NCBI GenBank assembly: GCA_000743035.1
Contig: CP008936.1
Span: 90,001-122,000 of the forward strand
Origin: Candidatus Paracaedimonas acanthamoebae
GTDB lineage: Bacteria > Pseudomonadota > Alphaproteobacteria > Caedimonadales > Caedimonadaceae
Direction: 5' to 3'
DNA: 32,000 nt
A model generated the notes under the pieces. The model saw only the letters and a program-made list of their open reading frames with translations, did no database searches and was not told the DNA's origin. Position 1 is the stretch's first letter, and each line of letters begins with the position of its first letter. The position numbers and the translations under genes are program-made. Positions 8,391 to 18,042 of the stretch are shown here, piece by piece.

Positions 8391-10100
8391 ATGAACATGG
8401 ATCAACAAAAAAAATCTGAATATTTATGGTTAAAAAAGTATCCTCAAGATATTCTTTGGGATGTTCAATTTGTTGGAAAGCCTGCTTATGACTTGCTTGA
8501 AGAGAGTGCTCACCGGTTTCCTTCAAGGCCATGTATTGATTTCTTAGGCAAGAAGTTTACTTATCAAGAAGTACTGGCACTTGTAAATAAGGTTGCTAAA
8601 GGGTTGCAAAATCTTGGTGTTAAGAAAGGCACGAAGGTTGGGATTTTTATGCCTAACGCTGCTTATTTCCCCATTTTTTACTTTGGGATCTTGAAAGCAG
8701 GGGGTGTTGTTGTCAATTATAGCCCGCTTTATGTCGCTCATGAAATTGCGGATCAAATTCAAGACTCCAACACTGAGATAATGGTTACACTTGACCTTGA
8801 TGTTCTCTATGCAAAAATTTTAACTGCGCAAAAAGAGACTGATCTTAAGAAGATTATTGTTTGCTCGGTTAAAGATATTCTACCGTTTCCCAAGAATCTT
8901 CTTTTCCCGCTTTTGAAGAAGAAAGATCTCGCATCCATTTCATGGGATCAATATCACGTTTGTTTTGAGGAGCTCATCAATAATGATGGCCAACCTAAAG
9001 CCATCAAAATTGATCCTCAGGAAGACGTTGCTGTTTTCCAATATACAGGAGGCACCACAGGGATTCCAAAGGGTGCGATGTTGACGCATGCGAATATCTA
9101 TATTAACGCCCAACAAGCACGGATGTGGTTTTCAAAAGTTGATGAAGGAAACGAGCGGATTTTAGCGGCTCTTCCTCTCTTCCATGTCTTCGCAATGACA
9201 GCCATTATGACATTAGCGATCAGATCCGGGGCTGAGATGTTTATGATGTTCCCAAGATTTAATGTCGATGAAGCTATGAAAATGATTCAAAAGCATAAAA
9301 TTACATTTTTTCCGGCTGTTCCCACAATTTATACAATGATTAACAATCATCCGAACGTTAAGAAATTTAACTTAACCAGCTTGAAAGCTTGTTTATCAGG
9401 AGGGGCACCTCTCCCCGTCGAAGTCAAAAAGAAATTTGAAGAGTTAACTGGTTGCAAGCTTGTGGAAGCTTATGGACTTTCAGAAACATCGCCGGGGGTC
9501 ACTTCTAATCCTCTTTATGCTCTGAATAAAGCAGGCTCCATAGGAATTCCTTTGCCAGGTACCGAGGTGCGTATCATGTCTCGTGAGAAAAGAAACCAAG
9601 AAATGGGTCAAGGAGAACGAGGGGAAATATGCATTAAAGGTCCTCAAGTTATGAAAGGTTATTGGAAGCGTCCTGAAGAAACGCAAAGTGTATTCCAAGG
9701 TGATTATTTTCATACAGGTGATATCGGCTATATGGATGAAGATGGGTATATTTTTCTCGTAGACCGCATTAAGGATTTAATAATTTGCAGTGGCTATAAT
9801 GTCTATCCGCGAGTTGTTGAAGAAGCCATTTATCAGCACCAGGATGTTGAAGAAGTAACTGTTATTGGCGTGCCCGATAAAAAACAAGGAGAAAGTGTTA
9901 AAGCTTTTATAAAATTAAAGACAGGTAAAAAAGTTACAGTGCAAGAATTAACGAGCTTTCTAAAAGACCGTTTGTCATCTGTTGAAATGCCAAAATATTT
10001 TGAATTTCGGGAGGCACTCCCAAAAACCATGATTGGAAAGCTATCCAAGAAAGAGCTTCGAACAGAAGAATTGAATAAACCGAATAAAAAAACAACTTAG
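8391..10100 (+). CDS. fadD: Long-chain-fatty-acid--CoA ligase
   Basis: AMP-binding signature YTGGTTGIPKGAMLTH. Later motifs are GYGLSETS-like (AYGLSETSP), TGDIGYMDEDGYIFLVDRIKD and the C-terminal GKLSKKELR. Confidence 0.9.
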   Translation: MNMDQQKKSEYLWLKKYPQDILWDVQFVGKPAYDLLEESAHRFPSRPCIDFLGKKFTYQEVLALVNKVAKGLQNLGVKKGTKVGIFMPNAAYFPIFYFGILKAGGVVVNYSPLYVAHEIADQIQDSNTEIMVTLDLDVLYAKILTAQKETDLKKIIVCSVKDILPFPKNLLFPLLKKKDLASISWDQYHVCFEELINNDGQPKAIKIDPQEDVAVFQYTGGTTGIPKGAMLTHANIYINAQQARMWFSKVDEGNERILAALPLFHVFAMTAIMTLAIRSGAEMFMMFPRFNVDEAMKMIQKHKITFFPAVPTIYTMINNHPNVKKFNLTSLKACLSGGAPLPVEVKKKFEELTGCKLVEAYGLSETSPGVTSNPLYALNKAGSIGIPLPGTEVRIMSREKRNQEMGQGERGEICIKGPQVMKGYWKRPEETQSVFQGDYFHTGDIGYMDEDGYIFLVDRIKDLIICSGYNVYPRVVEEAIYQHQDVEEVTVIGVPDKKQGESVKAFIKLKTGKKVTVQELTSFLKDRLSSVEMPKYFEFREALPKTMIGKLSKKELRTEELNKPNKKTT

Positions 10101-10120
10101 TTATTAAAGAGGGGATTACA

Positions 10121-11263
10121 ATGACAACACAAGCACTTATTGCAGGATATGTGAGATCACCTTTCACCTTTGCAAACAAAGGAGAGCTTACGAAAGTGCG
10201 CGCAGATGATTTAGCGGCTTTTGTCGTCAAAGGTCTCCTCAATAAAACAGGTATTATGGCGGAAAATATTGAAGATTTACTTTTAGGATGTGCATTTCCG
10301 GAAGGCGAGCAAGGATTAAACTTGGCCCGATTGATTGTTTTTCTGGCAGAGCTTCCTCTTTCTATAGGGGGGGTTACAATAAACCGATTTTGCGGATCTT
10401 CCATGCAAGCCATCCATTCTGCTGTGGGAGCGATTCAAGCGGGCGCAGGAGAAGTTTTTATCTGTGCAGGTGTTGAATCAATGAGTCGCGTGCCCATGGG
10501 GGGCTTTAATCCGATGCCAAACCCTAAACTTTATGAAGACATGCCAGGCGCTTATATGTCAATGGGAGAAACTGCTGAAAATGTCGCACGACGCTTTGAG
10601 ATCTCAAGAAAAGCACAGGAAGAATTTGCGGTTGAAAGCCACAAACGTGCAGCAGCAGCACGAGAAAATGGCAAATTGGATGATGAGATTATAGCATTTT
10701 CTATCCGTGATCAAAAAATAGAGAAGGATGGTTGTATTCGTCCAGAGACGACTCCTGAGGTGTTGGCAACACTTAAGCCGGCCTTTGAGGAAGGAGGAAC
10801 TGTGACAGCAGGAACATCTTCACCACTAACAGATGGGGCTGCAGCCGTATTGGTTGTCTCTGAAGATTATGCAAAAAGGAATAACTTACCTTGTCTTGCG
10901 AGAATTAATGCTATGGCTATTGCAGGTTGTGATCCTGCAATGATGGGAATCGGGCCTGTTAATGCAACGCATAAAGCTCTCCAACGTGCTGGGCTTGAAG
11001 TTAAAGACCTTGATATTATTGAGCTTAATGAAGCCTTTGCTTCTCAAGCTATAGCGTGTGCAAAAGAACTAGGGCTCGATCTTCAAAAAGTCAACATTGA
11101 TGGTGGTGCAATTGCCTTGGGCCATCCATTAGGAGCAACAGGAGCTCGTATTACAGGAAAGGCGGCAGCCTTGCTAAGACGTGAGAAAAAAAGATATGCG
11201 CTTGCCACGCAATGCATTGGTGGAGGCCAAGGAATAGCAACCATCTTGGAGGCATGCGAATGA
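10121..11263 (+). CDS. fadA: Acetyl-CoA C-acyltransferase (3-ketoacyl-CoA thiolase)
   Basis: Active-site Cys context NRFCGSSMQAI. The C-terminal thiolase motifs are NEAFASQ, GGAIALGHPLGATGAR and CIGGGQGIA. Confidence 0.9.
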   Translation: MTTQALIAGYVRSPFTFANKGELTKVRADDLAAFVVKGLLNKTGIMAENIEDLLLGCAFPEGEQGLNLARLIVFLAELPLSIGGVTINRFCGSSMQAIHSAVGAIQAGAGEVFICAGVESMSRVPMGGFNPMPNPKLYEDMPGAYMSMGETAENVARRFEISRKAQEEFAVESHKRAAAARENGKLDDEIIAFSIRDQKIEKDGCIRPETTPEVLATLKPAFEEGGTVTAGTSSPLTDGAAAVLVVSEDYAKRNNLPCLARINAMAIAGCDPAMMGIGPVNATHKALQRAGLEVKDLDIIELNEAFASQAIACAKELGLDLQKVNIDGGAIALGHPLGATGARITGKAAALLRREKKRYALATQCIGGGQGIATILEACE

Positions 11264-13584
11264 CTTTTGAAATTAAAAAAGTTGGCGTGATTGGTGCCGG
11301 GACGATGGGTAGTGGAATTGCCGCTCATCTCGCAAATGCAGGCGTTGACGTTTTACTTTTGGATATGCCGCAATCGGGATTTGGAAAAAAGAATCAACTT
11401 GCAGAGCAAGCTATCGAGAAACTACAAAAAGCTGACCCTGCGGCTTTTATGATGCCAAAGGCAGCTAAGCTTATCACACCTGGAAATCTTGAAGACGATC
11501 TCGAAAAATTAAGCACTTGTGATTGGGTAATTGAAGCAATTATTGAGAATCTTGATGCGAAACGAGATTTATATCAAAAACTTGAAAAACTTCTTAAACC
11601 TCATACAATTATCTCCTCTAATACGTCGACGATTCTATTGCAAGAGCTTATTAAAGATCGGACGAGTGCTTTCCAATCATCTTTTATGATTACGCATTTT
11701 TTTAATCCTCCCCGATACATGCGTTTGTTGGAAGTAGTAAAAAGTCCTATCACTGATCCCAAAAAAGTTGATGCTATTAAGCTGTTTACGGACATTAAAC
11801 TAGGAAAGAGTGTTGTTGATTGCCATGATTCTGCAGGATTTATTGGAAATCGTATCGGTGTTTTCTGGCTGCAGCTCGCCGTTTTAGAAGCTATTCATCA
11901 AGACATTAAAGTTGAAGAAGTGGATGCTCTTTTCTCTAAACCAATGGGTATCCCTAAGACAGGTGTTTTCGGTTTAATTGATTTGGTTGGGCTCGATTTA
12001 ATGCCCTTAATTGGTAAGAGCATGAGGGATAATCTTCCGCCTCATGACCCTTACTGTCAATTAGAGCTAGAAACACCTTTGATTCAAAAGATGATTGCAG
12101 AAGGTTATGTTGGGCGCAAAGGAAAAGGTGGCTTTTATCGCATTAATCGCGAGGATGGAGTAAAAACTAAAGAAGTTATTGATCTGACAACGGGGACTTA
12201 CAGCAAAGCGAATAAAATTAAGCTTTCTATTTTAGAAAATACGTCGACGCTAAAAGATCTCCTTTCTTATCCTGATCGATATGGGAAGTATACGTGGTCA
12301 GTTCTTTCACAAATTCTTTGCTATGTTGCTTCTAAAGTAGATGAAATTGCTGATGATATTGTGGCTATAGACACAGCGATGAAGCTTGGATATGGGTGGA
12401 AATATGGTCCTTTTGAATTATTAGATAAAATTGGAATAACATGGTTTATGCAAAGGCTGAAAGAAGAAGGAAGGACAGTGCCAGACTTCTTAGAAAAAGT
12501 TGGTTCGCAATCTTTCTATAAAGTCCAAAATGGCAAACTTCATTATTTAACATTTAAGGGAAGTTATCAAGAGGTTCAACGTCTTCCAGGGCAACTCTTC
12601 CTTTCTGATATTAAAGTCGCTTCACAGCCTCTTGCCAAGAATGCTTCAGCAGCATTGTGGGATATAGGAGATGGGGTTGTTTGCCTTGAATTTACGAGCA
12701 AGATGAATTCAATAGATCTTGATATTATGAAGATGATCAACAAGGCCATTGAAGTCGTTCAAAAAGATTACAAGGCTCTCGTTATTTATAATGAAGCGCA
12801 CAACTTCTCGGTAGGAGCGAATCTTGGACTTGCCTTATTTGCCGCAAATTGCGCCTTGTGGCCTCTTATTCAACAGCTTGTTGGCGAAGGCCAGCAAGCT
12901 TATAAAGCACTTAAATATGCATCTTTCCCTGTGGTGGGGGCGCCAGCAGGTATGGCTTTAGGAGGAGGGTGCGAGATTTTATTGCATTGTGATGCTGTTC
13001 AAGCTCATGCAGAGACCTATATGGGACAGGTAGAGGTTGGTGTGGGGCTTATACCAGCATGGGGAGGCTGTAAAGAAATGCTTGGGCGTTGGCTCAGTCA
13101 TCATAAGCGCCCTGGTGGTGCTATGGTCGCTATCGGAAAGGTTTTTGAGATGCTTGGCACTGCAGTCGTTGCAAAGTCTGCATTTGAGGCAAAAGACCTT
13201 TTATTTTTAAAAGAAAAAGATGAAATTACGATGAATCGAGATCGCTTATTAGCGGATGCTAAACGAAAAGCCCTTGAACTTGCAAAAGACTACCATCCAC
13301 CTCAAGAACATACCTATTCACTTCCAGGCAGCGTTGCCCGTGTGGCTCTTTCAATGGCTGTTAAGGGGTTTGTTAAGGCAGGAAAGGCTACCGCTTATGA
13401 TGAAGAGGTATCAAAACACTTAGCCACAATTTTAAGTGGTGGGGATGTTGATATTACGGAAGCTCAAGGAGAAGAAGGAATTCTAAAGCTTGAGAGGGAG
13501 GCATTTATGACATTGATTAAGAACCAAAAAACCCTGGCAAGGATGGAGCACATTCTTGCCACAGGTAAACCTTTGAGGAATTAG
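11260..13584 (+). CDS. fadN: Bifunctional 3-hydroxyacyl-CoA dehydrogenase / enoyl-CoA hydratase with the dehydrogenase domain first (FadN-like order)
   Basis: N-terminal Rossmann motif VGVIGAGTMGSGIAAHL and the HFFNPPRYM motif. The C-terminal crotonase-like region is NFSVGANLGL...GGGCEILLHCD. I place the start at ATG 11260, which overlaps the fadA TGA (ATGA) and has GGAGG 7 nt upstream. The track start at 11212 lies inside fadA. Confidence 0.85.
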   Translation: MTFEIKKVGVIGAGTMGSGIAAHLANAGVDVLLLDMPQSGFGKKNQLAEQAIEKLQKADPAAFMMPKAAKLITPGNLEDDLEKLSTCDWVIEAIIENLDAKRDLYQKLEKLLKPHTIISSNTSTILLQELIKDRTSAFQSSFMITHFFNPPRYMRLLEVVKSPITDPKKVDAIKLFTDIKLGKSVVDCHDSAGFIGNRIGVFWLQLAVLEAIHQDIKVEEVDALFSKPMGIPKTGVFGLIDLVGLDLMPLIGKSMRDNLPPHDPYCQLELETPLIQKMIAEGYVGRKGKGGFYRINREDGVKTKEVIDLTTGTYSKANKIKLSILENTSTLKDLLSYPDRYGKYTWSVLSQILCYVASKVDEIADDIVAIDTAMKLGYGWKYGPFELLDKIGITWFMQRLKEEGRTVPDFLEKVGSQSFYKVQNGKLHYLTFKGSYQEVQRLPGQLFLSDIKVASQPLAKNASAALWDIGDGVVCLEFTSKMNSIDLDIMKMINKAIEVVQKDYKALVIYNEAHNFSVGANLGLALFAANCALWPLIQQLVGEGQQAYKALKYASFPVVGAPAGMALGGGCEILLHCDAVQAHAETYMGQVEVGVGLIPAWGGCKEMLGRWLSHHKRPGGAMVAIGKVFEMLGTAVVAKSAFEAKDLLFLKEKDEITMNRDRLLADAKRKALELAKDYHPPQEHTYSLPGSVARVALSMAVKGFVKAGKATAYDEEVSKHLATILSGGDVDITEAQGEEGILKLEREAFMTLIKNQKTLARMEHILATGKPLRN

Positions 13585-13587
13585 AGA

Positions 13588-15381
13588 ATGCCAATTTATA
13601 AAGCGCCCCTGCGTGATATGAAGTTTGCCATGCAAGAGCTTTTTGCAAACTCTGAGCAATCTTCTTTGCCAGTATTCGAAAACTTATCAGAACAAGATAT
13701 TGATATGATTCTTGCTGAAGCTGCAAAGTTTTGTGAAAACATTCTTTTCCCTCTTAATCTAAGCGGTGATACGGAAGGGTGTCATTGGGAAAATAGAGAA
13801 GTGAGGACGCCGAAAGGGTTTAAAGAAGCATATAAAGAATTTGTAGATAGTGGGTGGGCTTCTCTTGCTTGTGAGCCTGAATTTGGGGGCCAAGGACTTC
13901 CAGAGACCATAGCCCTTGCTGTTGAAGAGATGGTTTGCTCTTCTAACCTTTCTTTTGGATTATATCCTGGTCTTACACGAGGCGCTTACCAGCTTCTTTT
14001 AAAGCATGGAACCAATGAGCTAAAACACCACTATCTTCCTAAAATGGTTGAAGGGGTGTGGAGTGGGACTATGTGCTTAACAGAGCCTCATTGTGGTACG
14101 GATTTAGGTTTAGTGCGCACCAAAGCTCTTTCTCAATCAGATGGGAGCTATAAAATTACTGGGACAAAAATTTTCATTTCTTCTGGTGAGCATGATCTTA
14201 CGGAGAATATTATCCACTTTGTGCTTGCGCGCACTCCAGAGGGGCCTTTGGGTATTCGAGGCGTGAGTTTGTTCCTTGTGCCTAAGTTTTTAACAAACTC
14301 GAATGGGGAAATCATGGAGCGCAATGCGGTCTATTGTGATTCTATTGAACATAAGATGGGACTTAAAGGTTCTGCCACATGTGTGCTGAATTTTGAGGAG
14401 GCAACAGGTTGGCTTGTTGGCACTCTTTATAAAGGGGTCGCTAATATGTTTACAATGATGAACAATGAACGATTAGCTGTTGGAAATCAAGGTCTTGGAA
14501 TCGCAGAAATTTCTTATCAGAATGCTCTTATTTATGCAAAAGAACGATTGCAAGGAAGAGCATTGACAGGCGTAAAGTATCCCGAAAAAGCAGCTGATCC
14601 TATTATCGTTCATCCAGATGTGCGTAAAATGTTGCTCACAATGAAAGCATATAATGAAGGTAATCGTATGCTTGGGACCTGGGTTGCCTTTCATAGCATA
14701 CGTTCTCAAACAGCAGAAAATGAGTCAGAGCGTGAAGAGGCTGATGATTTCGTTCAATTAATGACGCCTATTATTAAGGCCTTTATGACCGATTGTGGTA
14801 CCGAAGTTGCAAGTCTAGGGGTGCAAATTTATGGTGGCCATGGTTATATTCATGAACATGGCATGGAGCAATATATGCGAGATGCGCGTATTGCACAGAT
14901 TTATGAAGGTACAAATGGTGTTCAAGCTCTTGACCTTGTGGGGAGAAAAATTCCTACTGCGACAGGTCGATATTTACGTCGATTCTTTCATCCAGTTTAC
15001 GATTATATTCAAGAAAAACAACAGGATGAATTATTAGCTGAATTTATAGGACCTCTTCACAAAGCATTTGATCGACTTCAGCAAGCAACTATTTCTTTGG
15101 CCCAGCGTGGGTTAAGTAATCCTAATGAGATTGGAGCTGCAGCTTCTGATTATTTACGGATGTTTGCTCTAACAGCACATGCTTATTTATGGGCACAAGC
15201 TTGTGAGGTTGCTTATGCAAAACGAGATGGTCATGATAAAGCTTTCTATGAGAGTAAAATAATCACTGCGAGATTTTTCATGCAAAAAATTCTTCCGCAA
15301 ACATCTTCTTTATTTGCTTGTATTATGGCGGGTTCTAAACCTTTGATGGAATTCAAGGAAGAAGCATTTGGGCCTTTCTGA
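13588..15381 (+). CDS. fadE: Long (597 aa) acyl-CoA dehydrogenase
   Basis: Motifs MCLTEPHCGTDLG, the GGHGYIHEHGMEQYMRDARI region, and IYEGTNGVQALDLVGRK followed by an extra C-terminal helical domain. The ATG lies 3 nt after the fadN stop. Confidence 0.85.
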   Translation: MPIYKAPLRDMKFAMQELFANSEQSSLPVFENLSEQDIDMILAEAAKFCENILFPLNLSGDTEGCHWENREVRTPKGFKEAYKEFVDSGWASLACEPEFGGQGLPETIALAVEEMVCSSNLSFGLYPGLTRGAYQLLLKHGTNELKHHYLPKMVEGVWSGTMCLTEPHCGTDLGLVRTKALSQSDGSYKITGTKIFISSGEHDLTENIIHFVLARTPEGPLGIRGVSLFLVPKFLTNSNGEIMERNAVYCDSIEHKMGLKGSATCVLNFEEATGWLVGTLYKGVANMFTMMNNERLAVGNQGLGIAEISYQNALIYAKERLQGRALTGVKYPEKAADPIIVHPDVRKMLLTMKAYNEGNRMLGTWVAFHSIRSQTAENESEREEADDFVQLMTPIIKAFMTDCGTEVASLGVQIYGGHGYIHEHGMEQYMRDARIAQIYEGTNGVQALDLVGRKIPTATGRYLRRFFHPVYDYIQEKQQDELLAEFIGPLHKAFDRLQQATISLAQRGLSNPNEIGAAASDYLRMFALTAHAYLWAQACEVAYAKRDGHDKAFYESKIITARFFMQKILPQTSSLFACIMAGSKPLMEFKEEAFGPF

Positions 15382-15426
15382 GGTTTTTAGAATATAAATA
15401 TAGAAATAGATTTTGGGGACATTTGT

Positions 15427-15951
15427 ATGAATCTAATTATTCGTTTATTGCGAGTCTTTCTATATTCATTTTTTCGCACACCCCTTGATTTTTTTGAGAT
15501 ATCTATTGTTTCTTTTAGGGTTGTACCAACAGATCTTGACCTAAACTTGCATATGACAAATTCAAGATATCTCAGTGTGATGGATCTAGGTCGCCTTGAT
15601 TTGCTTTTACGTTCGAAAGGGCGAACTTTTCTTTTTAAGAAAAAGTGGCAAGCCGTCTTGGGAGCAAGCCATATTAGATTTCGTCGTTCTTTACAATGTT
15701 TTCAAAAATTTGAGTTACATAGCCGTATTATTGGTTGGGATGAGAAGTGGTTTTACATTGAACAACGCATCTTTTCCAAAGGACAACTGATTACTATTGC
15801 GATTCTAAAAGCTCTTTTTATCAGTAAAAAAGGTTCTGTTCCTACGCAAAAAGTATTTTCAGAATTAAAAGTTGCGCTAGAGAAAGAGCGTTTGACGCCT
15901 ACAATAAAACATTGGCTTGAAATGGAAGAATCCATTCGGGGAGGAAATTAA
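15427..15951 (+). CDS. Acyl-CoA thioesterase, hotdog fold (4HBT-like family)
   Basis: VVPTDLDLNLHMTNSRYLSVMDLGR is the typical N-terminal core of thioesterase-like hotdog proteins. The gene is co-directional with the fad genes. Confidence 0.7.
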   Translation: MNLIIRLLRVFLYSFFRTPLDFFEISIVSFRVVPTDLDLNLHMTNSRYLSVMDLGRLDLLLRSKGRTFLFKKKWQAVLGASHIRFRRSLQCFQKFELHSRIIGWDEKWFYIEQRIFSKGQLITIAILKALFISKKGSVPTQKVFSELKVALEKERLTPTIKHWLEMEESIRGGN

Positions 15952-15955
15952 TTAT

Positions 15956-16777
15956 ATGACAAATTTACGAGGAAGAACAATTTTCATCACGGGTGGAAGC
16001 CGTGGTGTAGGACGAGCAATTGCCTTAAAAGCTGCTCAAGAGGGTGCATATATTGTTATAGCGGCAAAAACAATTGAGCCTCATCCCAAATTAGAAGGAA
16101 CGATCTATACTGTTGCAGAAGAGATTGAAAAGCTTGGAGGGAAGGCTCTTCCTTTACAGTGTGATATTCGTGATGAGGGACAAATTCAAGCTGCTGTTGA
16201 ACATACGGTAAAGGCTTTTGGTGGAATTGATGTCCTTATTAATAATGCAAGTGCAATTTATTTGGCTTCCACGCTTGAAACACCTTTAAAACGTTTTGAT
16301 CTTATGTTTTCGGTAAATGTGCGTGGAACTTTTGCTGTAACGCAAGCTTGCTTGCCTTATCTAAAGAAAGCCACAAATTCACATGTTCTTACTTTGTCAC
16401 CTCCCTTAAATATGAAAGCTAAATGGTTTGAAAAACATGGTGCCTATACGATGTCCAAATATGGTATGAGCATGTGTGTCCTTGGTATGGCCAAAGAATT
16501 TGAAGAAGAAGGTATCGCCTTTAATGCTTTATGGCCGAAGACCATTATTGCAACGGCAGCAGTTGAAATGTTAGGAGGGGAATCATTGCTTCGTGCTGCG
16601 CGAAAACCTGAAATTGTTGCTGAAGCTGCCATCTTTATTCTCAAGCGTAACAGCCGTACATGCACGGGGCAATTTTTTATTGATGAAGATGTCTTAAAAG
16701 AAGAAGGAATAACGTATTTTTCGTCTTATCTCCAAGAACCGACATCAGCCTTACTTCCTGATTTTTTCTTGGACTAG
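15956..16777 (+). CDS. SDR-family oxidoreductase (HSDL2-like short-chain dehydrogenase)
   Basis: TGGSRGVGRAI cofactor motif, NNAS, and catalytic YTMSK (YxxxK). The start is placed at ATG 15956, with GGGGAGGA upstream; the track start at 15917 overlaps the thioesterase gene. Confidence 0.8.
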   Translation: MTNLRGRTIFITGGSRGVGRAIALKAAQEGAYIVIAAKTIEPHPKLEGTIYTVAEEIEKLGGKALPLQCDIRDEGQIQAAVEHTVKAFGGIDVLINNASAIYLASTLETPLKRFDLMFSVNVRGTFAVTQACLPYLKKATNSHVLTLSPPLNMKAKWFEKHGAYTMSKYGMSMCVLGMAKEFEEEGIAFNALWPKTIIATAAVEMLGGESLLRAARKPEIVAEAAIFILKRNSRTCTGQFFIDEDVLKEEGITYFSSYLQEPTSALLPDFFLD

Positions 16778-16840
16778 AAGAAGGCAAGCAATTAAGATAT
16801 TAATCAATTAAAAGTAGTTCATCAGACAGCAAAATTAAAG

Positions 16841-18034
16841 ATGAGAAAATATATTTTTTTTCTAATAAGCTTGATCGTGACTTTTCAAAGTGTAGAAGGG
16901 TTAGGCTTAATTGAAAATAAAGTAAAGGCGATTGTCCCTCAAGTTGATCAGTTCATTATATCTTATTTAAAAAAATTAAAGGCCCCTGGCTGTGTTGTTG
17001 CTATAGTTGGGCCTCAAGAAATCTATTTCTTAAAAGCTTATGGAGTTAAGAAATTAGGAAAAGTAGATCGTCTGACGCCTCGGACTATCTTTCAATTTGC
17101 CTCAGTTTCAAAAACAATTTCTGCAACGCTTGCTGTCAAACTACATCATGCTGGAAGGCTATCTTTAGATGAGCGTATTAACAATTATCTTTTAAACTTC
17201 AGCTTGAAGGGAACACAGCAGCCATTATGCTTGAGGCATATTCTCAGCCACACAAGTGGTTTGTCAAATGAGGGTATGAATGCACTCATTGAAAGTTGCG
17301 GTCCTCGTAAGGCTTTATATGACCATGTACAAGCTCGACCAGTTTCTACCCAGCCAGGAGAATATTTTGATTATCATAATATTATGTATGGTCTCGTTGA
17401 AGATATTCTTGTGGCAGCTACAGGGCAATCTTTTCAAGTACTGCTGCAAGATAATCTTTTTGAACCGCTTGGAATGAAGCAAGCGAGTGTCGGCTATCAA
17501 GAGATGATACTCGCTAAAGATCGAGCTTATCCTCATGATATATCGTTTAAATCTAAAATTTTACACCCGGCTAAGAATTATTCTAAATGTTATTATTCTG
17601 TTTTAGCATCCGCCGGAATGAATGGATCAATATTAGATCTTATACCTTTCTTACAAGCGCAATTAGGTGGGCGTCCTGAAATTTTGTCTCCCCAAGAGTT
17701 AAAAATGCTTCATACCTCTCAAATTAAGGCTCCTGAAACACTAAATAAAATACGAGCAAAATTTCGACATATCAGTGATTCTGGTTATGCCCTAGGGTGG
17801 CGATGGATGGATTATGCCGGGGAAAGAGTCATGTATCATGGAGGATGGCTCAATGGTTCTCGACCAATGATTGTTTTCTTACCAAAATTTAAAGTTGGTA
17901 TCATTATCCTTCATCATGCTGAAACCCCTCTTTCTTTTAGGACAACGATGAAATTTCTTGATCTTTTTTTGGGAGTTAGGTCTGACAATCAAGGAGACGG
18001 ACAACTGAGAAAGAAAACAAGAAATTCATTTTAA
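16841..18034 (+). CDS. Secreted serine hydrolase of the class C beta-lactamase / DD-peptidase / family VIII esterase fold
   Basis: Signal peptide (FFLISLIVTFQSVEG). All three catalytic motifs are present: S88-V-S-K91 (SxxK), Y-H-N in FDYHNIMYG (YxN), and H-G-G in MYHGGWLNG (KTG/HxG position). Confidence 0.8.
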   Translation: MRKYIFFLISLIVTFQSVEGLGLIENKVKAIVPQVDQFIISYLKKLKAPGCVVAIVGPQEIYFLKAYGVKKLGKVDRLTPRTIFQFASVSKTISATLAVKLHHAGRLSLDERINNYLLNFSLKGTQQPLCLRHILSHTSGLSNEGMNALIESCGPRKALYDHVQARPVSTQPGEYFDYHNIMYGLVEDILVAATGQSFQVLLQDNLFEPLGMKQASVGYQEMILAKDRAYPHDISFKSKILHPAKNYSKCYYSVLASAGMNGSILDLIPFLQAQLGGRPEILSPQELKMLHTSQIKAPETLNKIRAKFRHISDSGYALGWRWMDYAGERVMYHGGWLNGSRPMIVFLPKFKVGIIILHHAETPLSFRTTMKFLDLFLGVRSDNQGDGQLRKKTRNSF

Positions 18035-18042
18035 AGAAGTTT

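Noticed and set aside
9934-10413. Long antisense or out-of-frame ORFs inside well-supported genes (9934..10413 -, 9480..9713 -, 9833..10048 -, 11083..11328 -, 14473..14709 -, 2133..2324 -, 16444..16665 -, 24967..25206 - and similar)
   Set aside because: Each is embedded in a gene with strong family motifs on the other strand or in another frame, and none shows any motif of its own. They are treated as shadow ORFs.
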